This document shows positions 1-7,982 of a stretch of 20,074 bases of DNA, piece after piece (position 1 is the first letter of the stretch; every line of letters starts with the position of its first letter). The notes below the pieces were generated by a model. The model had not been told where the DNA came from. It saw only the letters and a program-made list of their open reading frames with translations, and ran no database searches. The stretch spans positions 1 to 20,074 of the forward strand of contig CAYNQI010000018.1 of the NCBI GenBank assembly GCA_964399335.1. The letters run 5' to 3'. The stretch comes from an uncultured Thermoplasmata archaeon. Lineage in GTDB: Archaea > Thermoplasmatota > Thermoplasmata > Halarchaeoplasmatales > Halarchaeoplasmataceae. Position numbers and translations under genes: made by a program.

Positions 1-2
1 GG

Positions 3-467
3 TGGAGCGGTGAACCTGGTGAAAACGAATTCAGAGGAGGTATAGATAACAGTCTTATGACGTCCTCTATCGATCTAAGGAACGCTGATACCGCCGATTT
101 CAGTGCGGACTTTAAATTCAATATCAATACAGACCCTGGTATACCTCCAGATACGGTACGGGTTGAGATCACTAAAGATGGAGGTAGAACTTGGCAGTCG
201 ATCAACTTAGGTACACGTGTAGCAACAGGGGTATCAGGCGGTTCAACCTCTTATCACTGGGTCCGAGCAGATGAACTATCTAGACTTAACGTCGATCTCT
301 CAGACTACTCAGGTAATATAATACGCTTGAGATTCAGGGTCGCTACAAACAACGACCCGGACTACGATAATTTCGAAGAAGATCCTAACGACGAGACTAA
401 CGACATCGATTTCGGTGGATTCTACGTTGACAACGTAGTTATCAGTGGACGAACCGCAGGTTCATAA
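3..467 (+). CDS. C-terminal fragment of a large extracellular/surface protein (beta-sandwich, immune-inhibitor-A/MAM-like module with an Asp-box); 5'-truncated by the window edge
   Basis: The frame is open from base 3 (WSGEPGENEFRGGIDNSL precedes the M at 57), so ATG57 is internal. It contains the Asp-box TKDGGRTW, LRFRVAT, an acidic loop DYDNFEEDPNDETND and the terminal GFYVDNVVI strand typical of such modules. Confidence 0.6.
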   Translation, partial: WSGEPGENEFRGGIDNSLMTSSIDLRNADTADFSADFKFNINTDPGIPPDTVRVEITKDGGRTWQSINLGTRVATGVSGGSTSYHWVRADELSRLNVDLSDYSGNIIRLRFRVATNNDPDYDNFEEDPNDETNDIDFGGFYVDNVVISGRTAGS

Positions 468-483
468 AAAACCCCTTCTAAAT

Positions 484-496
484 ACTCTTTTTTTTC
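484..496 (+). terminator. Archaeal-type oligo-T terminator candidate
   Basis: Run of 8 T (488-495) about 20 nt after the TAA at 467, before the next promoter. Confidence 0.45.
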
Positions 497-503
497 ACTC
501 CCT

Positions 504-549
504 GACATAACCTTAATATATGTCCTCAGTATCGCCCATCTAGGTGCTA
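504..549 (+). promoter_or_regulatory. lat promoter: TATA box (TTAATATA, 513-520) bracketed by inverted repeat GACATA-N9-TATGTC; RBS GGTG
   Basis: TATA-like element about 35 nt upstream of ATG552; perfect 6-bp arms at 504-509 and 519-524; AGGTG 5 nt before the ATG. Confidence 0.5.
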
Positions 550-551
550 AG

Positions 552-1874
552 ATGGATAGGATTTCAACAGATAAAGTACACGAAATGATGAGGCGCTATA
601 CCATCGGTGATGGGATGGATATAGTTTATGACCATAAGAAAAGCCACGGTAGCTATCTATACGATGCTAAAAGTGATAAAGAATACCTTGATATGTTCAC
701 TTTTTTTGCCAGCTTACCCCTTGGACACAACCATTCTAAACTCATGGAAGATGAATTCTTCAACCATCTTGCAGAAGTAGCTGTCAACAAACCATCTAAT
801 TCAGATATATATACCAAAGAATTAGCCGAATTCACCGAAACCTTCGCAAATATAGCGAAACCAGATTTATTCAAGCACCTATTTTTCATAAGTGGTGGAG
901 CTCTAGCTGTCGAAAACGCACTAAAAGTCAGTATGGATTGGAAAGTTAGAAAGAATTTCAACAGGGGTTACGACCAAGTTGTTGGCCAACAGATCATCCA
1001 TTTCGAAGACGCTTTCCACGGAAGGTCAGGTTACACACTTTCATTGACCAACACCTTCGATCCGAGAAAATACCAGTATTTCACTCGATTCGATTGGCCT
1101 AGGATCGATGTTCCGAACCTCACCTTCCCTGTCACTGAAGAAGTAAAAGAAAGAGTAAAAATGCAAGAATCACAATCTATCAGACAGATACATCATGCCA
1201 TCGATGAAGATGGTGACGACATCGCAGCCCTGATAATGGAACCTATCCAAGGTGAAGGGGGAGATCGACATTTTAGACCCGATTTCCTAAAATCATTACA
1301 AAAAATCTGCAAAGAAAACGACATCATGTTCATACTCGATGAGATACAATCAGGGATGGGATTGACTGGAAAATGGTGGGCATACCAACATTACGATATC
1401 AAACCGGATATAGTAGCATTCGGAAAGAAGGCTCAAACCTGCGGTATAATGGCCAACGAACGTGTAGAAGAAGTTGACCATCACTGTTTCGAAGAATCCA
1501 GCAGGATAAATTCTACATGGGGTGGAAACTTAGTAGATATGGTCAGGTCTCAAAAATACATCGAGATAATCGAAGAGGAAAAATTAGTAGAGAATGCTAG
1601 AGAAGTAGGTAACTACCTAAAAAACGCTCTATTGGATCTAGAAGATGATCATGACGGTGTAACAAACGTTAGAGGGAAAGGATTGATGTGTGCTTTCAAC
1701 CTACCATCTACCGAGCAGAGAGACGAAGTAAAAGAAAGATGCTTCAAGAACGGTTTACTCGTTCTAAAATCTGGTAAAAGAGCGATAAGGTTCAGACCAC
1801 CATTGAACTTCAGTAAAGAAGAAGTCGATAAGGCTTGCAGTATCTTAGAACAATCCGTCAATAATTGCCTTTGA
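552..1874 (+). CDS. lat: L-lysine 6-transaminase (class III PLP aminotransferase)
   Basis: YLDMFTFFAS, NKPSNSDIY, GGALAVENALK, AFHGRSGYTLSLTNT, EPIQGEGGD, DEIQSG, VAFGKK (PLP lysine), SRINSTWGGNL and RFRPPL follow the mycobacterial Lat pattern as I recall it. Confidence 0.85.
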   Translation: MDRISTDKVHEMMRRYTIGDGMDIVYDHKKSHGSYLYDAKSDKEYLDMFTFFASLPLGHNHSKLMEDEFFNHLAEVAVNKPSNSDIYTKELAEFTETFANIAKPDLFKHLFFISGGALAVENALKVSMDWKVRKNFNRGYDQVVGQQIIHFEDAFHGRSGYTLSLTNTFDPRKYQYFTRFDWPRIDVPNLTFPVTEEVKERVKMQESQSIRQIHHAIDEDGDDIAALIMEPIQGEGGDRHFRPDFLKSLQKICKENDIMFILDEIQSGMGLTGKWWAYQHYDIKPDIVAFGKKAQTCGIMANERVEEVDHHCFEESSRINSTWGGNLVDMVRSQKYIEIIEEEKLVENAREVGNYLKNALLDLEDDHDGVTNVRGKGLMCAFNLPSTEQRDEVKERCFKNGLLVLKSGKRAIRFRPPLNFSKEEVDKACSILEQSVNNCL

Positions 1875-1885
1875 AAAACCATTTT

Positions 1886-2776
1886 TTACATTTCTTTTTC
1901 TATTTTCCCAGTGGCCGCATTGATAACGACTATGCCCTTTGTACCTTCTACTGCCCACATGGGGACATAAACTATCCCTCTTTCATTCAATTCGATATTC
2001 TCTTTAGAAGGTGCGTCTTCACTCTTCTCAACTATTGTCACGCCTTCTTCCTCCCATCTATCTTCTCTTTCAACACAATGTCTATCTCTTATTGCAGATA
2101 GAGCTTTATCGGTACTATCGTCCTTTGAGATATTAGGTTCTAATTTGATATGTGACCTTTTGATATCTGAAACACGTTCAAAAGGCTGGTCCCAAAAATT
2201 TCTCTTACCAGATATACCGTTCAAATAAAATTTCCCTTCGGTTACTTCGCCGTCATCCCACCATACTTTGTAATCAAAGAGATAGTGAGGAACTAACTCC
2301 AATCTGTACTTGAAACCCTTCACCTGCTTCTCTCCAAGTTCCGAAACATGGTTAAAATCCATGATCGGTTTAAGAGTTGCTTCTTTCCTTCTATGCTCGA
2401 TATCAAAATCAAAATCATCGTCTGGTCCTACTAGACCTTTTTCTCCTTCAGCGATACCTTCCATAACACTTTTATCTAATTCCATCTCACCAACTTTTTG
2501 TACTAACACATCCCTGTTCCAAACTTCAACATCAGAAGGTATCTGTTTCATGAAATCTTCATCTACATCTTCGAATACGACCAATATTTTCTCACCTTCA
2601 GCTTCATCCAACTCGTCTAGGTCCGAATCTTTTACCCGATCACCAGCTATGATTAAACTCCTTATATGCTCATCTGATTTACCAACGATCTTACCTTTCC
2701 CACCAAAGATGAGCTCGTAACCTTCGAATTCAAGCAGGTCCTCCATTAGTTTATAGAAGTTCTTCACAGATATCAC
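1886..2776 (-). CDS. Conserved hypothetical acidic protein; possible degenerate Mrr-like nuclease fold at the N-terminus plus a duplicated C-terminal module
   Basis: 296-aa ORF, GTG start, fills the gap between neighbours with host-like composition. ILVVFE...VEVWNRDVL resembles the Mrr_cat C-terminal strand-helix. Two copies of VPx(W/Y)...G..(L/I)N(G/A)x(S/T)GK. Confidence 0.5.
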   Translation of the reverse strand: MISVKNFYKLMEDLLEFEGYELIFGGKGKIVGKSDEHIRSLIIAGDRVKDSDLDELDEAEGEKILVVFEDVDEDFMKQIPSDVEVWNRDVLVQKVGEMELDKSVMEGIAEGEKGLVGPDDDFDFDIEHRRKEATLKPIMDFNHVSELGEKQVKGFKYRLELVPHYLFDYKVWWDDGEVTEGKFYLNGISGKRNFWDQPFERVSDIKRSHIKLEPNISKDDSTDKALSAIRDRHCVEREDRWEEEGVTIVEKSEDAPSKENIELNERGIVYVPMWAVEGTKGIVVINAATGKIEKEM

Positions 2777-2830
2777 ATTTTTAGATGTATTTTACTTACC
2801 AAACATTGACTTTATAGCATTTAAATTTAA

Positions 2831-3658
2831 TCAAATCTCGAACTGTGACATATCTCTATTGTCAGCAGAAGCTGTTCCTTCTTCACTTACAGCTATTACA
2901 CCGATAGATACCTCATCGGGATATTCTTCAACTACGATCTCACAAGCTTCTTTGATTTCATACTCTGATAATAGATCATAACATCTTTTAGCGCTCATCC
3001 TCTTGATGATCTCTTCACCTTTACCTGTAGTGACCACTGCACCTCTTTTACCGGCGTAAAAACCACAACCTATCAATGGACTATCTCCAACTCTTCCCCG
3101 CATACAAAAACTTGTTCCTCCGGTAGAAACAGCAGCTGCGTATTCCCCGTCTATCTCTGCAACACATCCTACAGTATCTCCACCATCGACCTGATCGTAA
3201 AATTCCCTTATCTTCTTCAGTCTTTCAGAACCACCTGTTCCTTCGAGCTTCTCCTTCATCTCTTCAAATTCTTCAAGGCGTTTTTCAGTAATTGGATCAT
3301 GTTTTCCATATCCGAGGTCCCTAGCAAAATTGGTTGAATCAACTCCAGTCAACATAACGAATGGAGATTCATATACTTCCTTAGCTACAGCCACTGGATT
3401 TCTAACGTCTTCGATAGCTGATACTGCCCCTACCTCCCCGGAATACATCACAGCAGCGTCCATCTGAACAGAACCATCCAACCTAACTCTAGACCCTTTA
3501 CCTGCATTGAAAACGGGATCGTCTTCTAACGCTTCAACCACACCGATGACTACATCCAAGGGATTTTCTTTACCAGATATACCTTTCTCAACGGCTTTTT
3601 TGACGTTTCCGTCCATCTCTCGTGGGCTTCCGACTCCACCATGGGCTAAAACTCTCAT
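2831..3658 (-). CDS. iaaA: Isoaspartyl peptidase/L-asparaginase (type 2, Ntn-hydrolase)
   Basis: LAHGG, FNAGKG, MDAAVM, autocleavage site GD|TVGCVA, STGG and GRVGDSPLIG motifs. Start moved from 3748 to ATG3658 because HGG is normally near the N-terminus and the extension runs through the hypA promoter. Confidence 0.85.
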   Translation of the reverse strand: MRVLAHGGVGSPREMDGNVKKAVEKGISGKENPLDVVIGVVEALEDDPVFNAGKGSRVRLDGSVQMDAAVMYSGEVGAVSAIEDVRNPVAVAKEVYESPFVMLTGVDSTNFARDLGYGKHDPITEKRLEEFEEMKEKLEGTGGSERLKKIREFYDQVDGGDTVGCVAEIDGEYAAAVSTGGTSFCMRGRVGDSPLIGCGFYAGKRGAVVTTGKGEEIIKRMSAKRCYDLLSEYEIKEACEIVVEEYPDEVSIGVIAVSEEGTASADNRDMSQFEI

Positions 3659-3754
3659 AGAACTGGTGAATAAGAGCTCATTATTTATTCTTTCGATTAT
3701 TTTCTTATCAAAAGGGGAAAGAATGTTATATAGGTATAATTTAATCACTTAACG
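3659..3754. promoter_or_regulatory. Divergent promoter region iaaA/hypA, both probably leaderless
   Basis: Plus strand GGGAAAGAATGTTATATA about 25 nt before ATG3755; minus strand CGAAAGAATAAATAA about 25-30 nt before ATG3658; no SD before either ATG. Confidence 0.45.
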
Positions 3755-4132
3755 ATGCATGAATATTCAGTTATGAAACAGTTGGTCTCTGCACTCCTAG
3801 ATGAACTAGAAGACAAGAACGTAAAAAAAGTCAAAGAGATCAGAATTGAGATCGGTGAATTAACATTTCTAGGGGAGCAGCAGTTGAAATTCGCACACGA
3901 AGTTTTGAGTAAAGATAACATCCTAGAAGGTTCACAACTCAAAGTCAAAACCAAGGATGCCAAGGTAAAATGTGATAACTGCGATTATGAAGGAGGGGTC
4001 TCATATTCAAATGATCCAGGATTTCATTTTAACATCCCCGTTATTTCTTGCCCAGAATGTGGAGAAAAACCAAATGTTATCCAGGGAAAAGAGACAATGA
4101 TCACTGGAGTAACAGCCGAAGAGGTTGATTGA
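3755..4132 (+). CDS. hypA: [NiFe]-hydrogenase maturation nickel metallochaperone HypA
   Basis: N-terminal MHE Ni motif, IGELT, and two Zn CxxC motifs (CDNC, CPEC). Confidence 0.93.
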   Translation: MHEYSVMKQLVSALLDELEDKNVKKVKEIRIEIGELTFLGEQQLKFAHEVLSKDNILEGSQLKVKTKDAKVKCDNCDYEGGVSYSNDPGFHFNIPVISCPECGEKPNVIQGKETMITGVTAEEVD

Positions 4133-4133
4133 T

Positions 4134-5231
4134 ATGGTCACAAATCTAGAGCAGTTTAAATTTAGAGATAAGAAAAAAGCCGACGATATCTTGAAAGAAC
4201 TCGAACGGGCAAACGAAGAGATCACAGTTATGCATGTATGTGGAACACATCAAGATACATTAGTGAAACATGGACTTGAACCTATTCTAAAGGAAGTAGG
4301 TGTCGATATCAGACAAGGTCCGGGCTGCCCAGTCTGTGTTACCAATCAAAAAGAGATAGAAGAGATAATCAAGTTAGCAGAAGAAGGTATCACTATAACT
4401 GCCTTCGGAGATATGATCCACGTACCTGGTCTAAATTCATCTTTAAGCGACGCTAAAAGTGAAGGAGCTAAAGTCAAGATCGTATATGGTGTGGATGATG
4501 CAGTCAAATATGCTGAAAATCATGATGAAGAAGTTGTTTTCATGAGTGTGGGTTTCGAAACTACCACACCTTCAATAGCTTCTGCAATAATAAACGAACC
4601 TCCCGAGAATTTTAGTATTTTAACGTGTAACAGGGTTATCCCACCGGCATTGAAACTGATTCTAGAAACAGGAGAGATAAGTTTAGACGGTCTTATAGAA
4701 CCAGGTCATGTCAGTGCTATCATAGGTACAGAACCCTACGAACCCTTATCAAAAAAATTCCACATACCACAAGTTGTAGCAGGTTTCGAACCTCTAGACC
4801 TACTTTTAGCGGTTCTCCTACTCGTCCGTCAGAAGCAGGAAGGGCGTGCTGAGGTCGAAAACGAGTATGATAGGGTAGTGAAACCTGAGGGGAATTTAAA
4901 AGCTTTAGATTCCATGGAAAAGGCCTTTAGAACAAAAGATGTCGAATGGAGAGGGTTCCCTACCATCGAAAACTCAGGTCTAAAACTGATAAAGCAATTC
5001 GAGAAATATGATGCTAGAAAGAACTTCGAAGATATTCTAGAAGATGTTTGGGAAAAAGAATATGATGAACCGGAAGGATGTCTATGTGGAGAAGTATTAA
5101 GAGGTGTTGTAGATTCCGAAGAATGTCCTAAATTCGCCGAAGAATGTACTCCCCAGAATCCGATAGGGCCATGCATGGTGAGCAGAGAAGGTGGATGTAA
5201 CATCGCTTTCAGATATAAACGAAAAAAATGA
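4134..5231 (+). CDS. hypD: [NiFe]-hydrogenase maturation protein HypD
   Basis: CGTH, GPGCPVC, GFETT, PGHVS and the C-terminal Fe-S motif CLCG..C..F..C.P..P.GPCMVS.EG.C. Start set at ATG4134 behind GAGGT. Confidence 0.95.
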   Translation: MVTNLEQFKFRDKKKADDILKELERANEEITVMHVCGTHQDTLVKHGLEPILKEVGVDIRQGPGCPVCVTNQKEIEEIIKLAEEGITITAFGDMIHVPGLNSSLSDAKSEGAKVKIVYGVDDAVKYAENHDEEVVFMSVGFETTTPSIASAIINEPPENFSILTCNRVIPPALKLILETGEISLDGLIEPGHVSAIIGTEPYEPLSKKFHIPQVVAGFEPLDLLLAVLLLVRQKQEGRAEVENEYDRVVKPEGNLKALDSMEKAFRTKDVEWRGFPTIENSGLKLIKQFEKYDARKNFEDILEDVWEKEYDEPEGCLCGEVLRGVVDSEECPKFAEECTPQNPIGPCMVSREGGCNIAFRYKRKK

Positions 5232-5235
5232 GTAC

Positions 5236-6012
5236 ATGAAAGTTATTACCTCCGGTGATGAGGTGACGAACATTCGAAAATATGAAGAAGATGCATTTGG
5301 AAAATGCTTATATGACTATCATAAAGGCGAAAATCCTTTCCAAATAATTGAGAGAGATGATGGATATATAGACATAATCCCAGTAAATCACTATTTTACA
5401 AAACATGAAGACTGGCCAGATCATCAAAAAGAAGCTATGGACTACGTTCATGGGAAAGTTTTAGATGTTGGATGCGGAGCAGGTAAACATGCACTTTATT
5501 TACAAAATCAAGGCTTTGAAGTTATCGGTATCGATATCTCACCATTGGCTGTAAAAGTTTGTAGGAAAAGAGGTTTGGAAAACGCAAAAGTAATGGATTT
5601 AAACCATATCCATAAAAAAATTAAAAACATAGATACGGTTCTGATGCTGGGAAATAACTTTGGACTGTTCCAAGGTAAAAACAGAGCTAAAGAACTGCTC
5701 AATAATATATATAAAGTGACCACTGATGATGCTGCTATTATCGCAGAGAGTCAAGATCCGTATGAAACAGATAATGAATTCCATTTAGATTACCATAAAA
5801 TGAATCTAGAGAGGGGTCGTATGGCTGGTCAATTGAGGATAAGATGTAGGTATAAGAAATATGCCACTCCATGGTTCGATTATATTTTGGTATCTCAAGA
5901 TGAGATGAAAGACGTATTAAAAAAAACTAGATGGTCTGTGCATAAATTCATATCTAGTGAAAATAGGTACATATCGATAATCCGTAAAAAGTTATCTTTG
6001 GATAAAGCATAA
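5236..6012 (+). CDS. Class I SAM-dependent methyltransferase, substrate unknown
   Basis: Motif I VLDVGCGAG, motif II IGIDIS, post-motif LMLGNNFG. Start uncertain: ATG5236, or GTG5263 with GGTGA upstream. Confidence 0.8.
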   Translation: MKVITSGDEVTNIRKYEEDAFGKCLYDYHKGENPFQIIERDDGYIDIIPVNHYFTKHEDWPDHQKEAMDYVHGKVLDVGCGAGKHALYLQNQGFEVIGIDISPLAVKVCRKRGLENAKVMDLNHIHKKIKNIDTVLMLGNNFGLFQGKNRAKELLNNIYKVTTDDAAIIAESQDPYETDNEFHLDYHKMNLERGRMAGQLRIRCRYKKYATPWFDYILVSQDEMKDVLKKTRWSVHKFISSENRYISIIRKKLSLDKA

Positions 6013-6037
6013 ATAAATCAGAGGATAATATACTACT

Positions 6038-6757
6038 ATGGGAGAAACTGCCGGCCTTGAAATCTTCAAGGAAACCCATGAATTTTATAAGAAATACGGG
6101 TACAACGCCCGCCTAGAAGACCTTACAGATAGTTCTCTTGAATTTTTACGAAATATTGAAAAAAAATTGAGCAAAGGATTCCATAATATAATAAGTTCTG
6201 ACGAGATCAGAAAAGAAAGAAAAAAATTAGGAGTTAAAAAATCAGCGAAAAGTAGATGGAGATGTACAGTAAACACATCTCCTTTAGCAGCAAGAACTAT
6301 GCCATATTTTCCAAAGGTGTTGGGCAGACTATTGAGGAATAGTAAGGGAAGCTTCTACGATTACGTTGACGAAGAACTCGCGAATTACATGGAAAGGTAC
6401 TGGGATATGAGAGGTGGGTCAGGTACATCTCGGAAAAAAAGAGTAGAATGTATCAATAGACGTACCGGGAGAGGAGGAGATACTAGTAGGGGTTATCTTT
6501 TATTCCCATGGGAAAAAGTTCCAGATTACTTCAATCCACAGTTGATACGTGATGTTGGTAGTGAGAACTTCTTAGGGGGTCGTATTGAGATGACTGCTCT
6601 AAGAAGAATGTGTAAAAACAGAGAATATATTTTAGAGTACTACCCAAGTTTCAAAGACTTCGAATATTACAAAAAATACGAGCTTCTGGGAAAAAACGTA
6701 AGGTTCGTACCTGTTAACGAAATAAATGTTCCAGAAAGATGGGAACTATACATATAA
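6038..6757 (+). CDS. Hypothetical protein, basic, no recognised domain
   Basis: 239-aa ORF with ATG start and GAGGA upstream, filling the space between neighbours and followed by a T-rich tract. By my count 46 K+R versus 33 D+E. Confidence 0.7.
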   Translation: MGETAGLEIFKETHEFYKKYGYNARLEDLTDSSLEFLRNIEKKLSKGFHNIISSDEIRKERKKLGVKKSAKSRWRCTVNTSPLAARTMPYFPKVLGRLLRNSKGSFYDYVDEELANYMERYWDMRGGSGTSRKKRVECINRRTGRGGDTSRGYLLFPWEKVPDYFNPQLIRDVGSENFLGGRIEMTALRRMCKNREYILEYYPSFKDFEYYKKYELLGKNVRFVPVNEINVPERWELYI

Positions 6758-6847
6758 ATTGATCCTTCTTTTTCAAAACTTTCAAACAACATGTTTTTAT
6801 ATCCTTTACCTTTCAATTCATACTAGATTGAACCCTAAAAAGATAAC

Positions 6848-7939
6848 ATGTCAGAGGATATAGAAGACCAGATAGAAGAAATTGAAGAGGAGATACGTGA
6901 AACTCCTTACAACAAGTCTACACAGCAGCACATAGGTAGATTAAAAGCTAAACTATCAAAACTAAAAGATAAACTCGATAAGGAAGGTGAGGGGACCGCA
7001 GAATATGGTGGATATGCTATAAAAAAGGAGGGGGATGCTACAGTTGGCTTAGTTGGATTTCCAAGCTGCGGTAAGAGTACATTACTGAATAATTTAACCG
7101 GAGCTAAGAGTCAAGTGGCCAATTACGAATTCACAACATTGAAGGTCATACCTGGTATTTTGAAATACAATGATGCAGTGCTTCAGATATTAGACCTGCC
7201 TGGTCTTGTTGAAGGTGCTTCCTCTGGAAAGGGTAGAGGAAAAGAAGTATTATCTGTAGCTAGAGAAGCAGATCTGGTTCTACTTATGGGAGATGTCTAT
7301 AAAGATGAGTTACAAAAAATAGTAGAGGAGCTAGAAAGTAAAGGAGTAAGATTGAACAAAGAACCTCCTGAGATCGTTATAAAAAAGAAAGAAAAAGGAG
7401 GCATAGAGGTCAGAAGCACTGTTCCATTGACTAAGATCGATAAAGAAACCATAAAAGAGATATTAAGAGAATATCGATACATCAACGCAAATATTGTTAT
7501 CAGAGATAATATCACAGTCGACGAATTGATCGATCATCTAAGTGGGAATAGAGTTTACATACCTGCAGTTCCCATCATAAATAAGATAGACCTTGAATAC
7601 CATAATAAGAACCTCTCTGAGAAGATTAAAAAATGGGAACCAGTCTATATATCAGCTTTGAAAGAAAAGGGTTTAGATGAACTCAAAAAAAGAATATTTG
7701 ATGAGCTAAATCTTATACGTGTTTTTCTGAGACCTAAGGGTGAGAAAGCTGATGATGAACCCATGATCTTAGAAAAAGGGGCGACTATCGAAGACGTATG
7801 TAAAAAACTACATAGTGATTTCATGGAGAAATTTAGATATGCCCGTATATGGGGACCAACAGCTAAATTTCCTAAACAGCGTGTTGGTATGGACCATAAG
7901 TTAAAAGAGGGAGATACTGTTCGTATAATAACTGAGTAA
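6848..7939 (+). CDS. DRG-family (OBG/HflX superfamily) GTP-binding protein with C-terminal TGS domain
   Basis: G1 GFPSCGKS, G2 YEFTT, G3 DLPG, G4 NKID, G5 ISA; N-terminal TPYNKSTQQHIGRLKAKLSKL; TGS-like QRVGMDHKLKEGD. Confidence 0.92.
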   Translation: MSEDIEDQIEEIEEEIRETPYNKSTQQHIGRLKAKLSKLKDKLDKEGEGTAEYGGYAIKKEGDATVGLVGFPSCGKSTLLNNLTGAKSQVANYEFTTLKVIPGILKYNDAVLQILDLPGLVEGASSGKGRGKEVLSVAREADLVLLMGDVYKDELQKIVEELESKGVRLNKEPPEIVIKKKEKGGIEVRSTVPLTKIDKETIKEILREYRYINANIVIRDNITVDELIDHLSGNRVYIPAVPIINKIDLEYHNKNLSEKIKKWEPVYISALKEKGLDELKKRIFDELNLIRVFLRPKGEKADDEPMILEKGATIEDVCKKLHSDFMEKFRYARIWGPTAKFPKQRVGMDHKLKEGDTVRIITE

Positions 7940-7982
7940 AACATCAGTTAGATTTAAATTATAGCATTCATAGTTGTGTTCT

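Noticed and set aside
57-467. ORF-track start at ATG57 with GGAGG upstream
   Set aside because: The frame is open back to base 3 and reads as the same domain; GGAGG lies about 16 nt from the ATG and encodes RGG.
3755-5231. Selenocysteine or pyrrolysine readthrough in hyp genes
   Set aside because: All expected Cys motifs are encoded by TGT/TGC and the stops fall at the normal C-termini.
5236-6757. Methyltransferase plus basic orphan as a type II restriction-modification pair
   Set aside because: The methyltransferase lacks DPPY/NPPY or PCQ catalytic motifs and looks like a small-molecule/protein class I enzyme. I found no clear PD-(D/E)xK or HNH motif in the orphan.
6812-6832. Inverted repeat TTCAAT-N9-ATTGAA downstream of the DRG TATA box
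   Set aside because: Six AT-rich bp per arm and a single occurrence; easily chance.
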